64,000 nucleotides of DNA from an uncultured Gemmatimonadales bacterium (GCA_963793305.1 CAWBZV010000003.1:1312001-1376000); one strand, 5' to 3'. Positions 9,011-20,848 are shown, numbered from the stretch's first letter. The notes: generated from the letters alone by a model not told the origin. A program made the numbers and translations.

Positions 9011-10590
9011 TTGCCAGCGCCCTCGAGCTTGTAGCCCTTGACCGGCCACCCGCCACCGAGCGCGCGGTACAGGGCGATCACGCCAACGAGTCCTTGGCGC
9101 TCGGCCGCCGTCAGCGACACCTCGGCCGTGAACAGGCTGCGCTCGGCGTTCAGCACGTCGAGGTAGCTGGAGACGCCGGCCGCATAGCGGTCGTTGGCGA
9201 GCTGGAGCGCCCGACGTAGCGCGTTCACCTGCGTTTGCTGCGCGATCACCTGCTCGCGATCTGTGCGCACCTCGACGAGGGCGCCGTCCACTTCGCGGGT
9301 CGCGTCGAGCACTGTCCGCTCGTACAGGTAGCGCGCCTGCTCGCGCCTGGCCTGCGCCGCGTCCTGCGCGCTCTTGAGCGCCCCGCCGTGAAAGATCGGG
9401 ACTGACACGCCGAGGAATAACTGATAGGTCTGATTCCCAGCCTGATCGAATTTCCCAGGGCCCGGGAACTTGAACGCGGTGTGCGTCGTATCGAACGCTT
9501 CGAGGCCCCAGTTCCCGCTGATCGTGAATTTCGGCAACCGATCATCGAGCGCCGCGCCAACTCGCGCCGTCGCCGCGACGAGATTGTGCTCGGCCTGCCG
9601 CACATCCGGCCGGCGGTCGAGCAACGTCGACGGCACGCCGACGGGGACATCGACCTGTGCCAGCACCTCGTTCAGCGGCCGCCCGCGTGGAATCGGACCG
9701 GGATAGTGGCCGAGAAGAAACGCCACTGTGTCTTCCTGCTGCTGGACCTGGCGCTGGTAGTTCGCGACCTGGGCCGCCGGATCAGCGACGTTGGCCTCGA
9801 ACTGGCGTACATCGAGCTCGGAGATGACGCCGCGGTTGAACCGCTGGCGAGCGAGATCGAGGGTCTGCTGGTTCGACCGCAGGGTATTGCGCGAGATCTC
9901 GAGGTCGAGATCGAGCTCGCGCAGCCGCAGGTAGGCCGCCGTGACAGTGCTCACGAGGTCGAGCACGACCGCGCGCCGGCTGTCCTCTTGCGCCAGGAGG
10001 TCGTTCCGCGCGCCTTCGCGCGTCTGGCGCAAGCGCCCCCAGAAATCGAGCTCCCAATTCAACGTGCCCTGCACGAGCGCCACGCTGGACGACGGAATGG
10101 TGATGCCCGCGCCGAACGCCGGCTTGGCTTTGCCGGCCTGCGCGTTCGCGTCAATCTGCGGGAAAAACGATCCCGTGGACTGACCCAACAGCGCGCGATA
10201 CTCGTTGATGGTCGCGACGGCGACTCGGACGTCGCGATTCTCATTGACCGCGGTCGTCACGAGCTGCGTGAGGACTGTGTCCTGGAACAGGTCGAACCAG
10301 GAGATATTGGCCGCCGAGTCCGACAGCTTGTAGTTCAGGTTTGGAAAGTCAGCGGTGCGCCCACCGGCCGCCTCGCCAGCAGGTGGAGCTTTCATCGTGT
10401 CGCCGGGCAGATGGATCATCGAATCCCGGCTCGCGGCCAGCGAGTCGAACGTGGCCCGGGTCGAATCTTCACCCGCGCTCGCCGGCTGATACGTGGTCGT
10501 CGACGAGCCCACCTTGGGCCGATGATACGTCGGCCCAAGGGCGCACGCCGTGGCGAACAGATAAGGAACAAGCAGTGCAAGACGTTTCAT
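9007..10590 (-). CDS. RND outer-membrane factor lipoprotein (NodT/OprM family)
   Basis: Lipobox TAC, WELDFWG, PSTLLDRRPDVRQAE, LYRALGGGW motifs. Confidence 0.93.
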   Translation of the reverse strand: MKRLALLVPYLFATACALGPTYHRPKVGSSTTTYQPASAGEDSTRATFDSLAASRDSMIHLPGDTMKAPPAGEAAGGRTADFPNLNYKLSDSAANISWFDLFQDTVLTQLVTTAVNENRDVRVAVATINEYRALLGQSTGSFFPQIDANAQAGKAKPAFGAGITIPSSSVALVQGTLNWELDFWGRLRQTREGARNDLLAQEDSRRAVVLDLVSTVTAAYLRLRELDLDLEISRNTLRSNQQTLDLARQRFNRGVISELDVRQFEANVADPAAQVANYQRQVQQQEDTVAFLLGHYPGPIPRGRPLNEVLAQVDVPVGVPSTLLDRRPDVRQAEHNLVAATARVGAALDDRLPKFTISGNWGLEAFDTTHTAFKFPGPGKFDQAGNQTYQLFLGVSVPIFHGGALKSAQDAAQARREQARYLYERTVLDATREVDGALVEVRTDREQVIAQQTQVNALRRALQLANDRYAAGVSSYLDVLNAERSLFTAEVSLTAAERQGLVGVIALYRALGGGWPVKGYKLEGAGK

Positions 10591-10591
10591 A

Positions 10592-13500
10592 TCAGTCATC
10601 CCCGGTCGATGGGGCCGGGGCAAGTGCGGGCGAGGTGGCGGGCGCGCGGCGGCGGAAGACGCCTTCTTCACTGGCCGTGCGCACGATAACGAACAAGGTG
10701 GGAATGAAGACGACACCGAACAGCGTTTCGAGCAGCATACCGAAGCACACCCCGGTCCCCAGGGAGTGCCGACTGCCCGCGCCTGCTCCGGTCGCGAACA
10801 ACAGCGGCGCGACGCCGAGAATGAACGCGAACGAGGTCATGAGAATCGGACGCAGTCGCTCACGTCCGGCCTGGATGGCCGCTTCCTTAATAGAAAGGCC
10901 GGTTTCTCGGAGCTCGCGCGCGAACTCGACGATTAGAATTGCATTTTTCGCTTCGAGGCCGATCACGACGATCAGGCCGATACGAAAATAGATATCGTTC
11001 GCCATGCCACGGAGGTACACGGCGAGGAACGCGCCGAGCAATCCGAACGGCACACCGAGCATGACGGCGAGCGGCGTCGACCAACTCTCGTACTGCGCGG
11101 CGAGCACGAGGAACGCCATGCAGATACCGAGTCCAAGCACGAGCCCGACGCCGCGCCCGGTCGCCAGGGTCTCCTGGTATGACTGCCCGCTGAACGCATA
11201 GCCGACGCCTTTCGGCTCGAACTCGTTGCGCGCCAGTGTCGTCACGGCCTTGAGCAAGTCGCCCGAGCTGTGGCCGTTGTCCGGCGTGCCGATGACGAGG
11301 GCCGAGGTGAACCCATTGAACCGGTTCACGACCGTCGGGCCGGCGCGGAACGACGTGCGCGTCAGCGCCGAGATCGGGACCATGCCGCCGGACGCCGTGC
11401 GCACGTAGAGCTCGCCGATGTCCTCCGGCCTTCCGCGGAACTGCTGCTGCGCTTCGAGCTGTACGCGATAGGTGCGGCCGTACAGGTTGAAGTCGTTGAC
11501 GTAGTTGTTGGCCAACAACGAGGACAGCGTGCTGTACACGTCTTGGATCGGGATGCCCAGCGACTTGGTCTTGGCCCGGTCGACATCGACGTAGAGCTGT
11601 GGCACGTCGACACGGATCGTGCTCCGAATCCCCGTTCCGATCGTTTTTCCTTCCTTGTCCTTGAGCTGACTCGCCTCGGCCGTGAACTGGTTGACATACT
11701 GCGCGAACTTCCGGATATCGTTGACGTTCCGGTCCTGCAACTGCATCTCGAGGCCGGCGCTCGTGCCAATGCCGGGAATCTCCGGGAAGTTGAACCCGAA
11801 GACGAGCGCGTCTTTGATGGTGAAGAAGTACCCCATCGAACGCCCGATGACCGATTCGACGTCGTGGCCCTTCCCCTTCCGCGCCGGGTCATCCCAATCC
11901 TTCATGACGGCGAAGAGCGTCCCCGAGCTCGTCTGACTCGTGCCCAAAATGAGGCTGAAGCCGGTGAGCGAGAACGTGTGGTCGATCTCGGGTTGCGACA
12001 ACAAGAATTTCTCGACCTGACCCAGCGTCGCGCTCGTCCGCTGGGCCGACGCGCCGCCCGGCAGCTCGACGCCCACCACGAAGTACCCCTTGTCTTCCGG
12101 AGGCAGGAAGCCGGTCGGCGTATGGGCCGAGAAGTAATAGATGCCGACCAGGATCAATGCGACCATGCCGAGCACCGGCACCGGGTGGTCGACGAGCCGG
12201 TGCATGATGCCCACGTACCAGTCACGGAACCGGTCGAACGACCGGTTGAACCACCCGAAGAATCCCGACTTGGTCTGTTCCGCGGCCCCCACCGCGCGCT
12301 CGGTCAACAGCATCGAGCAGAGCGCGGGCGTCAGCGTCAACGCGACGACTCCCGACAGGATGACGGCAATGACCAGGGTGGTCGCGAACTGCTTGAACAG
12401 CTGACCCGTCACGCCACTCAGGAATGCGACCGGGACGAAGACGGAGCAGAGCACGAGCACGATCGCGATCAACGCGCCGGCCAGCTGTCGAATACCGCGG
12501 TCGGCCGCGACCTTCGCCGAGACGTGATCCTCCTCCATGATGCGCTCGACGTTCTCGATCACGACCATGGCGTCGTCGACGACGATGCCGATGGCCAAGA
12601 CCAGCGCAAACAGGGTCAACAGATTGATCGACATGCCCAGGAGGCCCATGCCGAGGAACGTCCCGATGAGCGAGACCGGCACCGCCAGCACCGGGATGAG
12701 CGTCGAGCGCCAGTTCTGCAGGAAGACGAACACGACGATCGTCACCAGAATGATCGCGAAGATCAGTGTCGTCTCGACTTCGGCGATAGAGGCGGTAATG
12801 AATGGCGTGGTGTCGTAGCCGAGGACCCAGTGGACGCCGGCTGGGAAGTTTCGCTCCAGCTCGTTCATCCGGTCCGTGACCGCCTTTTTCACGGCGAGGG
12901 CGTTGGCGCCGTTCCGCAGGTAGACGAGCATACCGCCGACCTGGTTGGTATGCGGGTTGCCTTGCGCGCCCGGGTTGATGCCGTAGCGGGTGAAGTTGTC
13001 ATAGCTCTGCGCGCCGAGCGTGACCGTCGCGACGTCGCCGACCTTGAGGACCGACCCATCGGGCCGCGCGCGAACAATGATGTCCGAGAACTCGCCCGGC
13101 GTCGTGAGACGCCCTTGGGCCGTCACCGGGATCGTGAACTGGTTGCCGAGCGCCGCCGGCTCGCGCCCGATGCGCCCCGCCGGGTTCGTGGTGTTCTGCT
13201 CTTGTATCGCGTTCACAATGTCGCTGACGGTCACGCCGAGCTGCGCCATCCGGCGCGGGTCGGCGCTCACGAGCATCGCGAACTGCAGGTTGCCGAACGT
13301 CTGCGCCTGGCCGACGCCCGGTACGCGCGAGATCTCGTCCTGCACGTAGATACGCGAGTAGTTCGACAGCGCCGCCGCATCCCAGCGCGGATCATCGGAC
13401 GTGAAGCCGACGGCCAGCAGGATATTCTGCTGCGCTTTTTGGACGGTGACGCCGACGCGCTGCACATCCTGCGGGAGCAACGGCTTCGCGATCTCGACGA

Positions 13501-13874
13501 CGTTCTGCACGTCGACCGCGGCCAGATCCTGGTCGCGTGAGATGTCGAAGAAGCAGTTGATCTGCAACGAGCCATCGCTCGCCGTCGACGTTCTGGTAGT
13601 ACAGGAGCCCGTTGAGTGACGGCAGCTGCTGCTCGATCGGCGCGGCCACGGCCGTCGCCACCTGCTCCGCCGTCGCTCCGATGTACTGGGTCACGATCTG
13701 GACGCTCGGCGGCGTGATGTTCGGATACGTATTCACCGGCAGGCTGCCGATGGAGAACGCCCCGAGCAACAAGATCACGATGGAGATCACCATCGCGAAG
13801 ATCGGACGTTTGACGAAGAAATACTGGACCTGCTGAACGTCCATCTCGTTTTCAGTGGGATCCGGCTTACTCAT
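10592..13874 (-). CDS. RND efflux permease (AcrB/MexB family), one apparent frameshift at 13587-13593
   Basis: FFVKRPIFA N-terminus, GIVVDDA, AKNAILIVEF, RLRPILMTS; deleting one base in GACGTTC joins the two ORFs (YYQTSTASDG). Confidence 0.92.
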
Positions 13875-15074
13875 TGGCTACGGCCCTCGCGGACGATCGG
13901 CACTGCCGGCGCCGCAATCGCGTCATCGTTGATCGGAACGTTCGTCGAGTCCTTCGCGGCCACGTAGGCCGTGGGGCTCACCCTCATCCCGGGGAAGAAG
14001 ATCTTCTGCTGGCCGTCGACGATCACTTGGTCGCCAGCCTTGAGGCCATCGTCGATCACCCACTGCGAGCCCTGCCAGCCGGCGGCCTGCACGGGCTTGA
14101 TGCCAGTCTTGTTGCTATCGCCGACGACATACACGTACTGGCCGGTGATGCCCTGCTGGACCGCGCGCTGCGGCACGAGGATGGCGCCAATGCGCTTGAA
14201 GTCGAGCATCTCGACGCGCACGAACTGCTGGGGCAGCAAAATGTGCCCAGGGTTTGGGAACGTCGCGCGCAACGTCTGGGTGCCAGTCGTCGAGTTGAGC
14301 GAGATGTCGGCGAAATTGACCAGGCCAGGCCGCGGGAAAACCGTCCCGTCGCTCAACATGACCCGCACTTGCAGCTGGCCGTTGGGCAGCGTGAGCCGCT
14401 TCTGCGCGACTTCGCGCCGCCACTCCAAGAACGTCCTGATCCGACGGACTGAACGTCACATAGATGGGATCGACCTGATCGAGCGTGGTGAGCGAATCGG
14501 TGCCGCTCGCGACCCGCGCGCCGAGCACCATCCACGCGATCCCCGCGCGGCCGCCGACTTGCGCGCGAACCTCGGTGTCGTCCAAGTCCTTCTTGGCGTT
14601 GTCGACCGCCCCCTTTGCCGCAATGACATCCGCGGAGTCCTGGTCAACCTGCGCCTTGGCGTTGTCGACATCCTGCTGCGCCACCGCGTGCTCGGCGAGC
14701 AACGGGAGGTTGCGATTGAGCGTGATCTTCGCGTTTACGAGGCGCGCCTTCGCATCCGCCAGCGTCCCAAGCGCGTTCTCGTACGCCGCCTTGTACTTCG
14801 TGGGGTCGATGCGAAAGAGCACCGCGCCCGCGGGCACATCGCTGCCCTCTTTGTAAGGCCGGTCGACGATGTAGCCGCTCACATTCGATCGTACCAGAAT
14901 GTGTTTCGATGCTTGTGCCTGGCCGACGTAGTTGTAATGTGCCGCGATCGTCTCGGGCTTGACCGTCAAGACCGACACCTGCGGAGGCGGCATCTGGAAC
15001 GGCTTCTGACCACCACTACACGCTGCCGCGATAACCGCGCACGCCACTATCCCAAAAAAACCCTTTCGCCGCAC
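13871..15074 (-). CDS. RND periplasmic adaptor (AcrA family), one apparent frameshift at 14429-14435
   Basis: Lipobox AAACS, EGSDV..G.VLFRIDP, TGTQTLRATFPNP, VPQRAV; one-base deletion gives DQDVLEWRRE. Confidence 0.92.
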
Positions 15075-15095
15075 ACTTCCTCCGATGCCCGGATT

Positions 15096-15111
15096 TCAAA
15101 CGATCGTTCGA
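15096..15111. promoter_or_regulatory. palindrome upstream of RND operon, candidate TetR-type operator
   Basis: TC-A-AACGATCGTT-C-GA about 20 nt upstream of the adaptor start. Confidence 0.4.
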
Positions 15112-15168
15112 TGTGTTTCCGCTCGAATCCTGACAAGCGCGGCTGAGTTCCGCCAGTCGGGAACCGGA

Positions 15169-15531
15169 CTAAGGCGTTGCGACGCCCTGGAGCGCAAAGA
15201 AGTGGCCGCTCGTCGCCTTCTCACGGAGCGGTCGGATCGCGGTGTAAGCTGGTGAGTTATACCACTGTTGCAGCGCTTCCATGCTCGGAAATCGGACGAT
15301 GACAAATCGTCCCTTGGGTGCCGGCTGTGAGTCGAGTTCAACGACGGCGGATGACGCCCCCACGAGGACCGTGCCGCCGTAGTCCTGGATCGTCTTTCCC
15401 ACCGCTGCGCCGTACTGCTTGACCATTGCCGTATCGGAGACCGTTTCGGCGTTCGAGATGAGATACGCCGGCCGCGGCGCTTGGACGGCGCCAGAGAGCA
15501 TCGCGATGCTGAGTATGAGGATAGGTTTCAT
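15169..15531 (-). CDS. DUF1330-family protein with signal peptide
   Basis: YGGTVLV, IVRFPSMEALQQWYNSPAY..IRPLR motif. Confidence 0.85.
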   Translation of the reverse strand: MKPILILSIAMLSGAVQAPRPAYLISNAETVSDTAMVKQYGAAVGKTIQDYGGTVLVGASSAVVELDSQPAPKGRFVIVRFPSMEALQQWYNSPAYTAIRPLREKATSGHFFALQGVATP

Positions 15532-15670
15532 GCGCCGACGTTAGCCGACGCGCCGTCCGCGGATCAATCTGATTCCGATACATGGAGTCCGTCGCACGCC
15601 AGACGGTTCCCGCCATACGTCGAGCGGCCCCTCCGATTGCCGGGGCGTCGCCCGCTCCTCATGATTGGGC

Positions 15671-16642
15671 ATGCGGACCTCACGCGTGGTGGCGCTCGCG
15701 CTCGTCGTCGGCACGCTGTTCACCGCGCAGGCGATCTTGCTCGACCTCGCGGCCGGGCGAAAAGTCGATGTCGCGCAGCGCGTCGCGATCGCGCTGTTGT
15801 TCTGGGTCGTCTGGGCGTTCTTGACGCCCGTGGTGCTCGCGGCGCTCCGCCGCTGGCCCCGCTCGTTGGTCGTGCACTTGGGGCTCGCGCCAGTCTTGGC
15901 CGCCGCCCAGACATTGATCACGCTCTGTCTGAACTCGCTCTATGCGCACGCGCGGATCGCACCGCTCCTGCGCTCACCGGTGGTCATTTGGGGTGTGTTC
16001 ACCGGGGTGTTTTACTATGGATTGGTAGCGGTCCTGTACACCGCGCTGCGCTTTCGTAGCGAGCTGACGCGGGCCAAGCTCAACGTCCTGCGCTCGCAGC
16101 TCCGGCCGCATTTTCTCTTCAACACCCTGAACGCCATCTCTGGCCTCGTCGGCGAGGACACTGAAGCGCATCGCATGCTGCTGCGCCTTTCGACGTTGCT
16201 CCGGCGGAGCCTCGACGAGCAATCGCACGAGGTGACGCTTCAGCAAGAGCTCGCGTTCTTGAACGACTATCTCGACATCCAGCGCGTGCGATTCGGTGAT
16301 CGTCTCTCCGTCCAGCTCACCGTCGATCCGACGATTCTCAACGCCCAGGTTCCGGTGTTTCTGTTGCAGCCGTTGCTCGAAAACGCGATCGAATACGGGG
16401 GATCGAACGATGGCTGCACGACGATTGCCCTCAGTGCGAGCCGAGAGAACGAGACGCTACGAATCGTTCTCGAGGATCGGGGTCCGGGTATCTCGGCCAC
16501 ACGCGAAGGCATTGGCTTGGGCAACACCCGCGAGCGGTTATTGCATCTGTACGGCCCACGAGCGTCGGTGACCCTTGGGACAGCGGAGCGAGGCGCCCGC
16601 GTCGAGCTCCGCCTGCCGATCGATGAAAATTCTCGTCGTTGA
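15671..16642 (+). CDS. LytS/YehU-type sensor histidine kinase
   Basis: Membrane N-terminus; LRSQLRPHFLFNTLNAIS, LLQPLLENAI, GIGLGNTRERL. Confidence 0.92.
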   Translation: MRTSRVVALALVVGTLFTAQAILLDLAAGRKVDVAQRVAIALLFWVVWAFLTPVVLAALRRWPRSLVVHLGLAPVLAAAQTLITLCLNSLYAHARIAPLLRSPVVIWGVFTGVFYYGLVAVLYTALRFRSELTRAKLNVLRSQLRPHFLFNTLNAISGLVGEDTEAHRMLLRLSTLLRRSLDEQSHEVTLQQELAFLNDYLDIQRVRFGDRLSVQLTVDPTILNAQVPVFLLQPLLENAIEYGGSNDGCTTIALSASRENETLRIVLEDRGPGISATREGIGLGNTRERLLHLYGPRASVTLGTAERGARVELRLPIDENSRR

Positions 16643-17351
16643 CGACGAGCCGCTGGCGCGGCAGGTGATCCGCCGTTCTCTCACGCGGATCCCCGGCATG
16701 TCGTGTGTGGGCGAGTGCGCGACGCGCGAAGAAGCGATCGCCGCCATCGTCCAGCAGCGTCCCGATGTGGTGCTGCTCGATATTCGCCTCGGCCGCGCGA
16801 GCGCGTTCGATATCATCGCGGAAATCGGCGCCGACGCGATGCCGCTGGTCATTTTCGTGACGGCATATGATCGGCACGCGATACAAGCATTCGAGGTCCA
16901 GGCGCTCGACTACGTGCTCAAGCCCGTCGACACGGCTCGACTCAACGAGGCGCTCCAGCGGGCGGCCGCCCAGTTGTCCCTCAAACGCGGGGTGGCCCCG
17001 GAGAACCCGCCGTCGCGAGAGGATCGGCTCATCGTCCGGGACGGCGAGCGGCTCGCTTTTCTGGACCCCGATCACGTCGAGTGGATCGAGAGCGCCGGCG
17101 ACTACGCGCGCGTGCACAGCGGCCCGGCCTCGTACTTGATGCGCAGCACCTTGGACCGCCTGGAGAGCCGACTCGCCAAAGGCGGCAACTTCATCCGGGT
17201 CCGTCGCTCGGCCTTGATCAACGTGCGTGCCGTCATGACGCTCGAGCGTTACGCCAAGGGCATGTTCGTCATCCATCTTCGCGGTGGCGCGAAGGTCATC
17301 TCGAGTCGCTATCACCAGAACGCGCTGCGCCGCCTCCTGGGAACTCAATAG
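16623..17351 (+). CDS. LytTR-family response regulator
   Basis: VVDDEPLAR, IFVTAYD, DYVLKP, FIRVRRSALIN. Confidence 0.93.
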   Translation: MKILVVDDEPLARQVIRRSLTRIPGMSCVGECATREEAIAAIVQQRPDVVLLDIRLGRASAFDIIAEIGADAMPLVIFVTAYDRHAIQAFEVQALDYVLKPVDTARLNEALQRAAAQLSLKRGVAPENPPSREDRLIVRDGERLAFLDPDHVEWIESAGDYARVHSGPASYLMRSTLDRLESRLAKGGNFIRVRRSALINVRAVMTLERYAKGMFVIHLRGGAKVISSRYHQNALRRLLGTQ

Positions 17352-17373
17352 TCGAGACCGGTACTTTTACTCG

Positions 17374-18939
17374 ATGTCCGCGACCGCCCTGCCACTTCCT
17401 GCCGATCGCTACGCGAACAAGTGGCCGATCGCCTTCGCGGTCACGTTGGGCGCGGTCATTGAGCTCATCGACACCAGTATTATCAACGTCGCCCTCCCGC
17501 ACATCAGTGCCAATCTTGGCGCGACGATCGAAGAAGTGACGTGGGTGTCGGTCGGCTACATCCTGGCGGCGGTGATTGTGCTGCCCATGACCGGATGGCT
17601 GTCCGCGTTCTTCGGCCGCACCCGCTACTACATCGGCTCGATCATCCTGTTCACGATCGCGAGCTTCCTCTGCGGCGCGTCACGCTCGCTCGAGGTGCTG
17701 GTGCTCTGTCGCATCATCCAGGGCATCGGGGGCGGGGCGCTCATCGCGACCTCACAGGCGATCCTGTACGAGAGCTTCCCGCCCGACGAACAGACGCTCG
17801 CCGCGGCGATCTTCGGCATCGGCATGATGATCGGCCCGGCGATCGGACCGACGCTTGGCGGCATTATCGTCGATCGCTACGACTGGCCGTGGATTTTTTA
17901 TATCAACATCCCGATCGGCTTCGTCGCGACGATCATGATCCTCACGTTCGTGAAAGATCCCGTGCACGAACACAAAGCGGGCCGATTCGATTTCGTCGGA
18001 TTTGCCCTCCTGGCCGGCGGCCTGGGTTGTCTCCAATTCGTGTTGGAGCGCGGCGAACACTACGACTGGTTCGAATCGAACCTGATTCGCGGGCTGACCG
18101 GCGCCGCGACGATCATGTTGGTCTCGTTGATCTGGTGGGAGCTGCACATCGACCAGCCCATGATCAACCTCCGGTTGCTCAAGCATCGAAGCCTGGCGGC
18201 CGGGTGCCTGGCTATGGGCGCCGTTGGTCTCGCGCTCTATGGCAGTATCTTCGCCGTCCCGCTGCTGACCCAGAATCTCCTCGGCTACGACGCGGCCACG
18301 ACGGGATGGGTTCTGTTTCCGGGAGCCGTAGGGAGTGCCATCGGCATGTTCGGCATTACCCGGCTGCCCAAGAACATCGACCGTCGCATGATCGCGGCAA
18401 CCGGCGCGCTGATCCTGGTCGTCGCCATGTTCATGCACGGTCAGTTCACCACAATGACCGGGCGGCAGCAACTCTTCTGGCCGATCGTGTTACGGGGTGT
18501 CGGGGCAGGTCTCATGTTCGTGCCCTTGGCGGCCTCGACCGTAGCAGGGCTCAAAGGCCCGGACATGGCCCAGGGCAGCGCCATGTTCAACCTGGCGAGG
18601 CAGCTGGGCGGAAGCTTCGGCCTGGCTTGGTTGGCGACGCAACTGACAACGGCAACGGCAGTTAACCGGGCCAACCTCGTCACGTATATCAACTGGACGA
18701 ACCCAGAGGTACAGAGGCGGCTGGCAATGATCACCGCCGCGATGCAGACCCGGGTGGGCGATCCGGTGCTGGCCGCGCGCCAAGCGCGGGCGATTCTCGA
18801 TCGCATGGTCCAAGCGCAAGCGCTCATACTGACCTACGACCAACTTTTCCGGATCGTCGGCGTCGTCATCTTCTGTTGCCTGCCACTCATCTTCCTCCAG
18901 AAAAAGCCCTCCGGCGGCGCACCCAGCGATTTGCATTAA
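17374..18939 (+). CDS. DHA2/EmrB-family MFS efflux permease
   Basis: IDTSIINVALPHI, GPAIGPTLGG, WIFYINIPIG, FNLARQLGGSFG; many TM helices. Confidence 0.93.
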   Translation: MSATALPLPADRYANKWPIAFAVTLGAVIELIDTSIINVALPHISANLGATIEEVTWVSVGYILAAVIVLPMTGWLSAFFGRTRYYIGSIILFTIASFLCGASRSLEVLVLCRIIQGIGGGALIATSQAILYESFPPDEQTLAAAIFGIGMMIGPAIGPTLGGIIVDRYDWPWIFYINIPIGFVATIMILTFVKDPVHEHKAGRFDFVGFALLAGGLGCLQFVLERGEHYDWFESNLIRGLTGAATIMLVSLIWWELHIDQPMINLRLLKHRSLAAGCLAMGAVGLALYGSIFAVPLLTQNLLGYDAATTGWVLFPGAVGSAIGMFGITRLPKNIDRRMIAATGALILVVAMFMHGQFTTMTGRQQLFWPIVLRGVGAGLMFVPLAASTVAGLKGPDMAQGSAMFNLARQLGGSFGLAWLATQLTTATAVNRANLVTYINWTNPEVQRRLAMITAAMQTRVGDPVLAARQARAILDRMVQAQALILTYDQLFRIVGVVIFCCLPLIFLQKKPSGGAPSDLH

Positions 18940-19559
18940 CGCTGGTCGCGCTTGCCGTCCTCGTCACCACCGTTGTCGTCGTCGCGAACCACGCCGAGAC
19001 GCAGTGGCTGAGATCAATGCGCCACGGTATCTCGGTCGTGCGGCACACCGCCGGCCGCGGCGTCGCGCGCATCGCGTTCGTGGTCGTGTATACGGTCCTC
19101 TTGACCATCGGCTTGCCCGGCGGACCGTTAATGATTCTCGGTGGGGCCGCATTCGGTCCCATCACCGGGTCGATTTTGAACCTGACCAGTATCACGCTCG
19201 GCGCCGCCGGAGGGTATTGGCTCGCGAGAACCCTGGGTCATCGCATCCCGCGCCGCGCGCTGCACATCGAGCCGCCGCACAATGTGACGACACTGATCTC
19301 GCTGCAGATCAACCCATTGGTACCGAACAGCATCTTGAACCTCGCCGCGGGCCTCGCCCGAGTCGATTTTCGGACCTATATGGTCAGCGTCGTGGTCGGG
19401 AACGTCGCGCCCACGATTGCCTACAGCTATTTCGCGGGCGCACTACTGTCCGCGGGTGGTGCCAACGGCGGGGTTGGACGGGAATTGTGGATCGCGGCGA
19501 TTGTACTGGCGGTAATCCTGCTCGCGCCGATATTTGCCGGGAGATGGCGAACAACCTGA
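18876..19559 (+). CDS. TVP38/TMEM64 (VTT domain) membrane protein; start uncertain
   Basis: GGAAFGP..G, LGAAGGYWLAR, P..PNSILNLAAGL motifs. Confidence 0.75.
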   Translation: MPATHLPPEKALRRRTQRFALTLVALAVLVTTVVVVANHAETQWLRSMRHGISVVRHTAGRGVARIAFVVVYTVLLTIGLPGGPLMILGGAAFGPITGSILNLTSITLGAAGGYWLARTLGHRIPRRALHIEPPHNVTTLISLQINPLVPNSILNLAAGLARVDFRTYMVSVVVGNVAPTIAYSYFAGALLSAGGANGGVGRELWIAAIVLAVILLAPIFAGRWRTT

Positions 19560-20848
19560 CTGTGCCGACCGTCGAGCACTTCGTGTTCTTCGAGGCGTTG
19601 GGCGCGATCGTCGATCGCACCGAACGCGGCGGCCTGTCCGCGGAAGACGCCGAGGCGGTCCCCGAGTACCGGCTGGTGCTCGCGGGCCTGCTGACGTTGC
19701 GCCTCGTCGATGGCTGGGTGGCGGCCGTCGCCGAGGGCGGAGAGGCGCCGAGTCTCAAGCACATCGCCAGCGCCCAGCGCGCGGTGCGCGCGTGCGAGGT
19801 CAGTCCGGTCCGGAACGCGCTCGAGGCGCTGGTGACCGCCATGACCGAGTCATGGGGCGTGGCCTCGTCGGAGGTCATCGCACAGGCATTCGCGTATGCG
19901 CGACTCCTGCAGGATGATTCGGCGTGGGCCATCGCGGCCGATACCTATCAGTCGGTCGTGGCCTGTTCCGACGCATCGCACGACGCGGGCCTCGCACCGG
20001 TCGCGTTGCTGAATATGGCCGCCTGTCTCCGGACATGCGGTCGCCTGACCGATGCGGATCGGGCGTATGCGCGCGCGTTCGAGGCGGCCACCGCGGCCGG
20101 CGACACCTATCACGCGCTCTTGAGCCGCATCGGCGCCGCCAACGCCGTCGCCAATCGCGGCAACCTGCCGCGCGCCGAGGCATTGCTCGATGAGATCATC
20201 CGCGAGACCGAGGCGCTCGTCCCCGGCGCGCCCGCGTTGATGGATGTGATGGCGCGCGCCAAGCACGATCGTGGCGTCGTTGTCGTGGATCGCGGTGATC
20301 CCGCGCGGGCGACGGACGATTTCTTCGATGCGTTCGAGGCGTACACGGAGCCCAAGCGCCGGACGCGCGCGCTGGTTGATCTCGCCAACGCGCTGACCGC
20401 CCTCGGCGCCCGCGCCGCGGCGCGCGATGCGTTTCACTTGAGTCTCGGCGCGACCACCGATCGCGAAGTCCGATGGGTGGTGAGCATCAACTTGCTCGAG
20501 CTCGCGCAGCTCGATGGCGAGGAGACCGTGTTCGAGCGGTGGCGCCGCGACATCGGCGATGCCGATCTCCCGCCGCGTCTCCGCGCGTACTACCTGCTCT
20601 ACTCCGGCTTCGGCCTGTACCAGTTCGGCCGCTCCGATGCCGCTCGCGCGGCGCTGGCCGGCGCGCTCGTCATCGCCGAGCGCCACGAGTTGGGCGAAGT
20701 CGTGATGCGCGCCGACAGCGCGCTGTCGGCGATCGATCGCAACGAACGGTTGCCGGTGACGGGTGCGAGCGCCCCCAGCGCGCCTGGGGTGGCTCGCATC
20801 GTCGACCGGCTCCGTGTGATGCGCGCGCGGCAGCCGACTACTGCGTGA
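19544..20848 (+). CDS. uncharacterised TPR-like helical-repeat protein
   Basis: Repeated helical units (LRTCGRLTDADRAY, RGNLPRAEALL, RGDPARA); GC3-rich coding frame. Confidence 0.7.
   Translation: MANNLTVPTVEHFVFFEALGAIVDRTERGGLSAEDAEAVPEYRLVLAGLLTLRLVDGWVAAVAEGGEAPSLKHIASAQRAVRACEVSPVRNALEALVTAMTESWGVASSEVIAQAFAYARLLQDDSAWAIAADTYQSVVACSDASHDAGLAPVALLNMAACLRTCGRLTDADRAYARAFEAATAAGDTYHALLSRIGAANAVANRGNLPRAEALLDEIIRETEALVPGAPALMDVMARAKHDRGVVVVDRGDPARATDDFFDAFEAYTEPKRRTRALVDLANALTALGARAAARDAFHLSLGATTDREVRWVVSINLLELAQLDGEETVFERWRRDIGDADLPPRLRAYYLLYSGFGLYQFGRSDAARAALAGALVIAERHELGEVVMRADSALSAIDRNERLPVTGASAPSAPGVARIVDRLRVMRARQPTTA

Noticed and set aside
9481..13540. Long + strand ORFs antisense to the RND genes (9481..10689, 11270..13540) and similar shadows such as 31598..33196, 37903..39387, 46760..48538
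   Set aside because: Arg/Ala-rich, motif-free frames overlapping well-supported genes; expected in high-GC DNA with strong codon bias.
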